Shown: positions 9,656 through 18,800 of the stretch, in pieces | Layout of the letters: every line of letters starts with the position of its first letter | Numbering within the stretch: the first letter of the stretch is position 1 | From: Lentisphaeria bacterium UBA4640 | Lineage (GTDB): Bacteria; Verrucomicrobiota; Lentisphaeria; Victivallales; UBA1829 | Direction of reading: 5' to 3' | DNA: 64,000 nt | Assembly (NCBI GenBank): GCA_002405835.1 | Contig: DHMO01000002.1 | Location: forward strand, 9,531-73,530 | Translations under genes and position numbers: made by a program | Notes under the pieces: generated by a model | What the model saw: only the letters and a program-made list of their open reading frames with translations | Databases searched by the model: none | Told to the model about the DNA's origin: nothing

Positions 9656-12031
9656 ATGAATCCGAAAGCCTTCTGGATCTGGCCCGGAAACGCGTTCTAC
9701 ATGCAGAACAGTTATGCGGGATTCCGTTATGATTTCAACATGGAAAAGATGCCGTCGTCGGCACCTCTGGAAATTACGGCGGATCAAAGCTACCGTCTGC
9801 ATGTCAACGGACGCTATGTCTGTCGCGGTCCTGTGCGCGGATATCAGCATCACTGGCCGTTTGATGTGGTCGATATTCTGCCGTACCTCAAAAACGGACA
9901 CAACTGGATTTCCGTTGAAGCGTACAATCCGGGAATCGGAACGTTCGCGTACAATCACGCCGACCGCGCGGGCTTTCTCTGTTCCGCGGAATGGGACAAC
10001 GGCGTTCAGATTCTTTCGCGCATCAAGGAGTGGACGGTTTTCCGCAACACCGCGTATGCACACGATACGGCGCGTCTCAGCATTCAGCTCGGATGGCAGG
10101 AGGAAGTCGATCTGCGTTATGACGACCGCAGCTGGATAACCGCGGAAACGGATTTCCGGATTCCGCCTCAGCCCGACTGGTGTCATCCGGCGGAAGCCGT
10201 TCAGGGCAGTCTTCCGTGGTCAGCGCTTGAACGCCGCAATATCCCGATGCTTGATGAGCACGAGCTGGCACCTGCGGCAGTTGTTTCGTTTGCTTGCGGA
10301 ACCTGTGCGGAACCTGCGTCGGCTCTGCCGTATGCCGAACACAATATTGCGTGGGATTTCGCAAAATATGAACTGGATTCGCTCATTTACGGAAAAATCC
10401 CGTCCGCGCATAGAGAGGGAAACTTTCTCTGCTGTGAAGTCCCCGCCTCCGGAGCAGGACGTCTGAGCTGTGTTACATTCGACCTCGGTGCGGAGGAGTG
10501 GCTTACGGGAACGCCCGTTCTGGAATACGACGGCGCGGAGCCGGGGCTTGTCTTCGATCTGCTCTATTCGCACTGGCTGCCCGAAGGACGCGTCCGCTTT
10601 GAACCGAAGCCTGGATGCGGCTGTCTGATCTCGCTTGCGGCCCGCGTGATCGCCGGAGCGGAGCGGGAGCATTGCGAGCTCTATCAGATCATGGGCGTCC
10701 GCCACGTGAGCATTGTTGTACGGGAAAATATGCGTCCGCTGAAACTGAAACTTTCCTGGCGCTCCTCCGTCTATCCGATGAAGATTTCCGGTTCGTTCCA
10801 TTGTTCTGACGAGGTGCTGAACGGGATTTACCGCGCTTCGGTTCACACGCAGAGAGTCTGCTCAATGGATGCGTTTGTGGATACTCCCTGGCGCGAACAG
10901 TCCCAGTGGTGGGGCGATGCCCGGGTTCAGGCGAAGAACACCCACTTCCTGACGGCGGATTCCTCGCTTCTGCGGCAGGGCATCCATTCCATTTCCGGAC
11001 AGCATGCGCCCGACAACCTCACTTTCGCCGACGCCCCGACGACGGACTGCGGATGCGTTCTGCCGGACTTCTGCCTGACCTGGCTTGCAACTCTGCACGA
11101 CCTCTGGTTCCAGACTGGCGAAACGGATCATCTGCGCGAGCAGAAATCCCGCGCCGAAGACATCCTTGCCTATTTTGAACAAATGCGTGATTCACGCGGG
11201 CTTGTGAAAGCCGATCCGCGCTACTGGCTGTTTGAAGACTGGTGCGACCTGCCGCGCGACAACACTCCCGCCTTCCTCAACCTCTGGCATCTCTACGCCG
11301 TCACTCTCTACTGCAAGTTCTTGAAGAATGCCGGATACGCGGCGGATGCGCATTCGCTTGAACAGAAAATCGCGGCGGAACGCGTTCTGCTCAAAGAAGC
11401 GTTCTTCGATCCCTCGCAGAATCTGTTTGTCCCGGAACTCGACCGGAACGGAAAACAGAACGGAACTCCGTCGGTGCACGACCAAGTGCTCGCGCTTCTG
11501 TGCGGACTCGCTCCGGAAGCGGAGAAAACAATGCTCGAAACGCGCATTCTGCCGTATCTGAAAGGAACGCTTTCCGGCTGTGCGCAGCCGTCGTCGTTTT
11601 GGGCGACCTACCTGTTCGATGTCGCGGGAGAGTTCGGACTGCGCGCGGAAGTGCTCTCGTTCATCCGTGAAAAATGGGCGCCGATGGTTCCTGCGGGAAC
11701 GGTCTGGGAGACGTTCTGCACGGGCTGGTCGTATTCCCATGCGTGGAGTGCTCATGCGATCTCGCACCTTCCGGAGCTGGTGTTCGGACTGAAGCAGACG
11801 GCGCCCGCCTGGCGTGAAATCGAACTGAATCCGCTGCTGAACGTTCTGGAAAGCGCGGAGATGAAAGTCCCGACTCCGCAGGGAATGATTCAGGGAAGTT
11901 TGAAATCGGACGGCGGCGCCGTAACGGTCCGCTTTGCGGTTCCCGCCGGAATCTGCGCCGCAATTTATCTGCCGTCTGAGACGGTTCAGACGGACGGTTC
12001 CGCGGTTTGCGTGGAACGGGAACTGAAGTAA
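9656..12031 (+). CDS. GH78-like (alpha/alpha)6-barrel glycoside hydrolase, putative alpha-L-rhamnosidase (791 aa)
   Basis: The N-terminus FWIWPGN...YRLHVNGRYVCRGP is a rhamnosidase-type N-domain. VDTPWREQSQWWGDARVQ resembles the DxPxRE..W.GD motif of GH78 catalytic domains. Confidence 0.65.
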   Translation: MNPKAFWIWPGNAFYMQNSYAGFRYDFNMEKMPSSAPLEITADQSYRLHVNGRYVCRGPVRGYQHHWPFDVVDILPYLKNGHNWISVEAYNPGIGTFAYNHADRAGFLCSAEWDNGVQILSRIKEWTVFRNTAYAHDTARLSIQLGWQEEVDLRYDDRSWITAETDFRIPPQPDWCHPAEAVQGSLPWSALERRNIPMLDEHELAPAAVVSFACGTCAEPASALPYAEHNIAWDFAKYELDSLIYGKIPSAHREGNFLCCEVPASGAGRLSCVTFDLGAEEWLTGTPVLEYDGAEPGLVFDLLYSHWLPEGRVRFEPKPGCGCLISLAARVIAGAEREHCELYQIMGVRHVSIVVRENMRPLKLKLSWRSSVYPMKISGSFHCSDEVLNGIYRASVHTQRVCSMDAFVDTPWREQSQWWGDARVQAKNTHFLTADSSLLRQGIHSISGQHAPDNLTFADAPTTDCGCVLPDFCLTWLATLHDLWFQTGETDHLREQKSRAEDILAYFEQMRDSRGLVKADPRYWLFEDWCDLPRDNTPAFLNLWHLYAVTLYCKFLKNAGYAADAHSLEQKIAAERVLLKEAFFDPSQNLFVPELDRNGKQNGTPSVHDQVLALLCGLAPEAEKTMLETRILPYLKGTLSGCAQPSSFWATYLFDVAGEFGLRAEVLSFIREKWAPMVPAGTVWETFCTGWSYSHAWSAHAISHLPELVFGLKQTAPAWREIELNPLLNVLESAEMKVPTPQGMIQGSLKSDGGAVTVRFAVPAGICAAIYLPSETVQTDGSAVCVERELK

Positions 12032-12048
12032 AATTCTCTGTTTTTTTC

Positions 12049-12081
12049 GCCGGTGCGGGTAATTCAGCGCCGGCTTTTTTT
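12049..12081 (+). terminator. Rho-independent terminator after the GH78-like gene
   Basis: GC-rich stem GCCGGTGC...GCGCCGGC followed by a T7 run. Confidence 0.55.
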
Positions 12082-12139
12082 AGACGTTTTAAAGTGACGC
12101 ATGTCACATTTTTTTAGAACATTTTCTCTCGTTTGCCTA

Positions 12140-12168
12140 TTGACATTTTCGCCGAAATGTGGTATAAT
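12140..12168 (+). promoter_or_regulatory. Consensus sigma70 promoter with extended -10
   Basis: TTGACA, 17-nt spacer ending in TGG, then TATAAT. Both hexamers are perfect consensus. Confidence 0.65.
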
Positions 12169-12189
12169 TTCTTTCGTGAAAGGCGGAAT

Positions 12190-13221
12190 ATGACAATGGA
12201 ACCGAAAAAGTTTATAACGAAAATCAACATGCGCCAACTTGCAAGGGATCTGGAGATCAGCGTCATGACGCTTTACCGCGTCCTGAACAACGAACCGACT
12301 GTCCGTCCTGCAACCCGTAAGCGTGTGATTGACGCGCTGAACAAACGGGGATATTACGCCAACCAGGAGGCAGCAAGGAAGATCGTCGTGGATTTCAGCA
12401 ACAACCGCTATCTGCTCTTTTTCGGGACGATTCTTCTTCAGCAGCTTTCGAACGATGGTTTTACGATTGTCGCGACCAATCACCGGGAGAAGCGGATTGC
12501 ATTTCTGGATGCCATAACGGATGCGGAAACCGTGGTTTACTGCTCGGAACCGGATGAAAGCGTTGTCGCGGAAGTGAAAAAAGTAAATCCGAACATCTTC
12601 TCCATTTCCATGTTCGGAACGGCGTTGAATACGGATATCATCCTGCGCTGCAACGATATGCTCGGCTGTTCGCTTGCGGCGCAGCACCTGTACCGTCTGG
12701 GGCACCGCAGGCATATCGCGGTCCACAAGGATTTCCGTCATAAAGATGCGGACCGGCGTATTTTCCTGTTCTGCGCGGAGATGAAGCGTCTGGCTCCGGA
12801 GTGCCGGATTGATATTCTCGAACAGCGCAGCAGCGATTTGAGCGGATTTTTCCGGAACTATTTTTTTGAACAGAACAAACATCCGACGGCGATTCTGTTC
12901 GTCATGTGTTATTCCGCTTCGATTTTCCGTCTGGCGGTTCTTCCGAATCTTCCCGATGAGATGAAAAACATCGGCATCATGAGTTACGACAGCATCGTGG
13001 ACATGAATCCGGCGGGAGAAACCGACAAACTGGACCGGGTGGATTTTTCAATGGAAGAGCTGTTGCGCTGGATGGAGTATCTGCTCAATAACCGCCCGAT
13101 GCTCGGCTGCCGCAACTCCGTGGAGATTTCAATCAACATGGGGCTTTTCGTGGAAAACAGTGTCCCGGACATTACCGGGGAAATCAACAATCATAAAATA
13201 AAGGAAGGTCAGACAAAATGA
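12190..13221 (+). CDS. LacI-family transcriptional regulator
   Basis: The [45 protein letters not shown] is followed by a PBP1-like domain. The track start at 12133 overlaps the promoter. The ATG at 12190 (or 12196) follows GAAAGG. The stop overlaps the next start (ATGA). Confidence 0.85.
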   Translation: MTMEPKKFITKINMRQLARDLEISVMTLYRVLNNEPTVRPATRKRVIDALNKRGYYANQEAARKIVVDFSNNRYLLFFGTILLQQLSNDGFTIVATNHREKRIAFLDAITDAETVVYCSEPDESVVAEVKKVNPNIFSISMFGTALNTDIILRCNDMLGCSLAAQHLYRLGHRRHIAVHKDFRHKDADRRIFLFCAEMKRLAPECRIDILEQRSSDLSGFFRNYFFEQNKHPTAILFVMCYSASIFRLAVLPNLPDEMKNIGIMSYDSIVDMNPAGETDKLDRVDFSMEELLRWMEYLLNNRPMLGCRNSVEISINMGLFVENSVPDITGEINNHKIKEGQTK

Positions 13222-14066
13222 AAAAAGAATCAATGCACCGCGGTACGCCGTTCCGGAGACGGAGAAGCAATAAATTTACCCTTATAGAGCTCCTTGTGGT
13301 AATTGCCATCATCGCAATCCTCGCCGGAATGCTTTTGCCTGCGCTGAATGCGGCGCGGGAAAAGGCGCATGCGATTGCCTGCACGGCAAACATGAAGCAG
13401 GTTGGAACGGAGCTTTCCATGTATACGGTGGACAACAACGACTATCTGCCGAATCTCTGGCAGAGCGGTGAAATATCGTTTACGGACAGCATTTTCGATT
13501 ATGGGAAAACTTCCTACGCGAGAAAATCGGTCAGCCCGACATCGGGAACTTATGCGTACATGTCGGTCTACACGCCTGCGCGCTACTGGTACTCTTCAAA
13601 ATCAACATATGTCTGCCCGACGGCAATGTCGCGTCTCTTCCCGCAGTTCGAGGGAACGCCGTCCACGCGTTTCTCCAGCAACTATCTTCCGACGATGTGC
13701 CAGGACAATTCCAGCTGTTCCGCCTACAACTGTGCCTGGTGGCGGAGCATGGGACAGACGGCGGAGAATCCGAACGGACGCCGGATCGGAGACATCAAGG
13801 GACGCATCATCGTCGGAGAGGCAATGTTCACAAAGTATTCCTCCGGAACGGATTCCAATACTCCGCATGACATCAATGCCGTGCATCACTGGGTTCCGCA
13901 GCCGATTTCGGGCGACCGCAAGCCGTACATCTCCGCCGCAGGCAACGTCCACGGCGGCGGAATGAGCGGAAACTGGCTCTACAAGGACGGGCATGTTTCC
14001 AGCCACAAGTTCAACCAGCTTCCGATCCGCGCGCCGGGTTCTTCGATGTATTTCATGGGACTGTAA
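13218..14066 (+). CDS. Prepilin-type N-terminal cleavage/methylation domain protein (pseudopilin-like, DUF1559 type; H-X11-DG variant)
   Basis: [32 protein letters not shown] near the N-terminus. The C-terminus reads [15 protein letters not shown]. Confidence 0.9.
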   Translation: MKKESMHRGTPFRRRRSNKFTLIELLVVIAIIAILAGMLLPALNAAREKAHAIACTANMKQVGTELSMYTVDNNDYLPNLWQSGEISFTDSIFDYGKTSYARKSVSPTSGTYAYMSVYTPARYWYSSKSTYVCPTAMSRLFPQFEGTPSTRFSSNYLPTMCQDNSSCSAYNCAWWRSMGQTAENPNGRRIGDIKGRIIVGEAMFTKYSSGTDSNTPHDINAVHHWVPQPISGDRKPYISAAGNVHGGGMSGNWLYKDGHVSSHKFNQLPIRAPGSSMYFMGL

Positions 14067-14081
14067 GGGGAGGGGAAGGGA

Positions 14082-15011
14082 ATGAACTGGAAACATCTGC
14101 TGTTGACGGCTCTTGCGGCATTCTCGCTTTCCGGATCTGCCGCGGATCTCAAGGTCCTGATGGTCGGTAACAGTTTTTCTCTGAGCGTACTGACCTATCT
14201 TCCGAAAATCGCAGACGCTTCGGGGAAGAAACTGAAGCTCGGCGAGGCGATGATCGGCAGCTGCACCATCTGGCGGCATTACAGCGAATACGGCAAGACG
14301 GAAAAAGATCCCTCTCACCGTCCGTACTGGACAAATCTGAAACTGCCGGGCCGCCCGGACGGCAAAGTCAGTCTGCAGGATCTGCTTACGGCGGACCGGT
14401 GGGATATTGTGACCATTCAGCAGGCGAGCCACGAGAGCTGGCGCGGCGAAACGTTTGAAGGCGCGCCGAAGCTGATTGCACTCATCCGGAAACATCAGCC
14501 GCAGGCGGAAATTGTGATTCAGCAGACCTGGTCATACCGTTCCGACGATCCGCGCGTCATACCTCCGGATTCAGAGTGGGGCTTTGATCAGGATGCGATG
14601 TATGAAAAGCTGACGGCGAACTATCTGGCGCTTGCAAAATCCATTCATGCACGTGTCATTCCGACGGGGCTTGCGGTTCAGATTGCGCGGGAAAAATCAC
14701 CTGTCAAATTCAGAAACTATGATCCTGCACTCCTGGGAACTCTGCACTTCCCCGATCTTCCGCCGCAGGCCGGAGATGTGGTCGGCAAGCTCTACTGGTG
14801 CAAGGATCAGAAGACCGGAGAGATGCGGATCATTCGCGACGCCATGCATCTGAATGACCGAGGCGAATACCTGCAGGCGTGTGTCTGGTATTTGTCCCTG
14901 TTCGGCGGAACGGCGGATGATATCCGGTTCATTCCGAATAGCATCGGCAATTCCGACGCCCGTTTTCTTGCCCGGTGTGCAGAAGAGGCCGTCAAAACCT
15001 TTCCGAAATGA
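14082..15011 (+). CDS. Secreted SGNH-like hydrolase (DUF4886-type)
   Basis: Signal peptide MNWKHLLLTALAAFSLSGSAA. LKVLMVGNSFS is an SGNH block I-like motif. WDIVTIQQASHESW is also present. Confidence 0.7.
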   Translation: MNWKHLLLTALAAFSLSGSAADLKVLMVGNSFSLSVLTYLPKIADASGKKLKLGEAMIGSCTIWRHYSEYGKTEKDPSHRPYWTNLKLPGRPDGKVSLQDLLTADRWDIVTIQQASHESWRGETFEGAPKLIALIRKHQPQAEIVIQQTWSYRSDDPRVIPPDSEWGFDQDAMYEKLTANYLALAKSIHARVIPTGLAVQIAREKSPVKFRNYDPALLGTLHFPDLPPQAGDVVGKLYWCKDQKTGEMRIIRDAMHLNDRGEYLQACVWYLSLFGGTADDIRFIPNSIGNSDARFLARCAEEAVKTFPK

Positions 15012-15051
15012 TTCCTCAAATAAAGATAATATAAACGAAAGGAAAACTACC

Positions 15052-15744
15052 ATGAAAAAGATGTTGAAACTCGCAACGGCGCTTCTCGTTCCCGGAAGTC
15101 TGATGGCAGCCGATCCCGCCGCGCTCATTCCGTTCGACGGAACTCCGGCTGTACTCAAGGCGGACGGCGGAAAAATTGCGGAGGGCGGCATGATCGGACA
15201 GCTGGAATATGTCGACGGCATGAAAGGAAAAGCTCTTGTCGTGGACGGAAAACCTGCGGCGTTTCTGGTCCGCGATCTTTCCGAAAATGATTTCCGCGAA
15301 GGAACAGTCTCTTTCTTCTTCCGTCCGAACTGGGAACGGAAGGACGGCAAGGCGCATTATCTGTTCCAGACGGGCAAGTGGCGTTCTGAATTCTTTCTGG
15401 TTTTTGTGAAGGATGAGAGAGGCCAGCTGGAGCTGAGCGTCTGCACTCCGAAGCAGCGTCAGGTCTTTGTGAAAAACGCGGATCTCCAGCCGGGGAAGTG
15501 GGTTCATCTTGCGTTCTCCTGGAATACCGCCAAAGGAGAAGGCGTGATTTACATCAACGGCAAACCCGCCGCCCGCACCGTGCGTGAGGACTGGAAAGAG
15601 GGCAGTTACAGCTTCAAGGCTCCGTGGAATATCCAGCTGGGACGGAACGCCAACGAGCCGGCGGGCGGAGCCTACGACAATCTGAAGATTTACAACAGAC
15701 AGCTCTCCGATGCGGAAATTCTTGCGGATTCCGCCGAGAAGTAA
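15052..15744 (+). CDS. Secreted LamG / concanavalin-A-like lectin domain protein (230 aa)
   Basis: ATG at 15052 preceded by AAAGGAAAA. Signal peptide MKKMLKLATALLVPGSLMAA. It is a paralogue of the N-terminus of the next gene. The C-terminal YDNLKIYNRQLSDAEI is typical of Laminin_G_3 domains. Confidence 0.8.
   Translation: MKKMLKLATALLVPGSLMAADPAALIPFDGTPAVLKADGGKIAEGGMIGQLEYVDGMKGKALVVDGKPAAFLVRDLSENDFREGTVSFFFRPNWERKDGKAHYLFQTGKWRSEFFLVFVKDERGQLELSVCTPKQRQVFVKNADLQPGKWVHLAFSWNTAKGEGVIYINGKPAARTVREDWKEGSYSFKAPWNIQLGRNANEPAGGAYDNLKIYNRQLSDAEILADSAEK
15295..15580 (+). repeat. Copy 1 of a ~286-bp LamG-coding direct repeat
   Basis: About 80-85% nt identity to 16073-16358 by eye. The first 56 nt differ at a single position. 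Confidence 0.8.
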
Positions 15745-15817
15745 GCATTCCCCTGTTTCTCTGGAGGTCCCTCGTGGATTTGTCCCCGGGAACCTTCTTT
15801 ATTGAAAGGTCTCTCTT

Positions 15818-18800
15818 ATGCGATTGATGACAAAACTTGCGGCGGTGCTCTTTGTACCCTGCAGTCTGATGGCGGCGTTCCCGAAAGTGATCGTGCCGTT
15901 TGACGAAAACCCGACCATATTCAACGGCGGCGGCAATCCCTGCGGCCTGGCTGTTGTTTCCGGCAAGAGCAGCTATGTCGACGGCGTGGACGGCAAGGCG
16001 CTTGCGGTTCAGCGTATCGCCTACGACCAGGTCACGGCGGTGAATCTGAACAAACTGCCAGACTTGAACGCCCGCGAAGGAACGGTCTCTTTCTTCTTCC
16101 GTCCGAACTGGGAACGGAAGGACGGCAAATCCTATTATCTGTTCCAGGCCGGGAAGTGGCGCTCTGATTTCTTTCTGGTTTTCGTGAAAGATGCGAGCGG
16201 TCAGCTGGAACTGAGCGTCTGCACTCCGAAACAGCGTCAGCTGTTTGTGAAAAATGCGGATTTGAAAGCCGGAAAATGGGTTCACATTACTTTCTCATGG
16301 AATCTTGCGAAAGGCGAGCAGGCGATCTATCTGGACGGCAAACCCGCCGCCCGCAAATCCCAGGCGGAGTGGAAGGACCCCGGATACAATTTCAGAGGAC
16401 AGTGGAATATCTGGCTCGGCAAAGGCGGTTCCGACCGCTTCAAGGCGGAAGTCGCGGAGGGCGCGTTCGACAGCCTGAAAATTTACGACGTCCAGCTCTC
16501 GGACAATGAAGTCCTTGCCGATTTCCTCGGCAGCTACGCGAAAACGATGCGCCCGGTTCCCGTGGAGCAGGTCCGCCGGAATGACGGCAAACTGGAATTC
16601 CGTTTCAGCGCTCCGGTAAAGCGTTTTTCGAACGCCCAGCCGCTTCTCTCTCTGAAAAGCGGGAAAAGCCTGATTACGGTTTCCTCGACCGGGGCTTCGG
16701 GAAAGCTCACGCTCAACGGTGGCGGAAAACTGCTGGATTCTCCTTATGTCATAAACCTGACGCGTCCGCTGAAACTCTCCATCCGCCCGGAAGGACGGAA
16801 AGCGGGAATCTGGTTTGACGACGCGTTTCAGGGATATCTGGAACTGCCCGGCGGATGGGATGGTCTGGACTCTGTCAATGCCGCGGAAGGCATCACGCTT
16901 TCCGCTCCGGAGTTTTCGGAAAAAGAAATTGCTCCACTGAAACGGAAAGCCGACGGGGCTCTTGAAAAATGTCTCTGGAACCTGAACGATGCGCAAAAGG
17001 TTGACTCGGGCGTCCGGCAGTCGATTTCCCTGAACGGATATTGGCGGATGTTTGAAGACGACAGCTATGCGTTTTCGCCTGCTCTTCCGGCGGAACAGCA
17101 CTATGTCCGCATCCCGGGCAGCCGCCGTTCCTCCTGTTTCCAGCTTTACCGCGGGAAAAACGGAAAACTGGAAAGTCTCAATGTTCAGGAAGGCCCGCGC
17201 ACAACGGCGGACTGGTACCAGCGCACATTCAAAGTCCCTGAGGCATGGAAGGGCAAACGCATCTTCCTGAATTTTGAAAATCTGAACGGGGATTACGGAC
17301 GCGTCTATCTGAACGGGAAACTGATCGAATCGTTCCGTCAGGATTACAAATCCTTTGCCGCGGTTCCGAATGCCCGGCGGATTGATGTTACGGATCTGCT
17401 TCAGGAGGAAAATGTTCTTTCGGTTTTCCTGACACACTTCATCCGTCTTTACTGGCGCAACCTACCGGACATGCGCGACACATGGAACATCGTTCTCGGC
17501 GACGCCTGGCTGGAAGCCGGTCCCTCGCCGGTTTTCGTGAAAAGCGCGGTTGCCTTTCCCTCCGTCCGCAAAGGAACGCTGGAGATGCGCGCCACGGTCG
17601 AAAATCCACAGGGAGTGAAGGGCGATGCAGAGCTGACTTTCCGTTACCGCCGTGCGGGTTCGGAAAAAAGTTTCTCGAAAAAATTCCGCCTGGACGGTTC
17701 GGAAAAACAGCGAATTGTTTTTACGGAACCGTGGAAAAAACCGGTTCTCTGGAGCGAGGAGAGTCCGGAGCTTTACGCGCAGAGTGTTGCGCTTTCCGTG
17801 AACGGCAAAACGGCGGACATGCTTCCGGAGCGTGACTTCGGGTTCCGCGAACTGTGGGTTGAAAACGGCGAGTTCCGTCTCAACGGTTTCAAGAAGCGTT
17901 TCCGCATGAGCGCAAATCCGCAGTTTGATTCGCTGAACATGTATCTTTCGCACCCCCGTGCGGTTGCGCAGTATGTCGCCCAGCTGAAACGCATGAATTT
18001 CGATTCGGTCCGTTTCAATCCGAGCATCATTCAGCGCAACGCGGGATTCTACAATACTCCGGCCTATCTGCGTGAGTGCGGACGTCAGGGAATCAGCAAT
18101 TTCTTCCCCATGCCGTTTTATGAAGGCGGCGACGAGGCGCAGTACCGTGAATGGGTGGAAAATTATCTGGAGTTCTTCGGGACTTTCCCGAGCATCGTTC
18201 TGTGGTATACCGACTTCAACACCTGCAGCTATGCGGCGTGCCAGGATCCCTATTATCTGAACGATACGTCATATGTTCCGAAGGAGCGGGTTCTGAAGGC
18301 GCGGAAGTTCGTTGAAGTTGCGGACCGCACGATGCGTTCGCTTGACCCGAGCCGCGAATGTGTTCCGCACGCGGCAGGAAACTTCGGCAAGGTGTTCGGT
18401 TCCATGAATTACCAGTCGTTCGGAACTCCGCTTCAGGAGCAGGAGGACTGGCCGAAGATCTGGTCGGAGAAACACACGCAGCCGCTGGTTTCCTTCGAGT
18501 CCTCCTTCCCTTATCCGCTCCAGTTTACCTACTTCGACGGCCCGATCGGGCACTACATGAATGCGGAGCATGCCGCCCGTTATTTCGGCGACTCCGTGTT
18601 CCGTGATGAGATCGCCCCCGTGCAGTTCGGCAAATGGTTCCGGTTTTCCCCGGTTACGCCGAATTCGGCGAACTATATCCGCGGCGCCGCGGAAATGTGC
18701 CGCCGAGTGATCCGCTCCTGGCGTGCATATGATATTTCGTCTCTTGGAGATTTCACTTCGCTGGATGAGGCGTTCCGGCTTTCGGCGGCGGGCAGTCATC

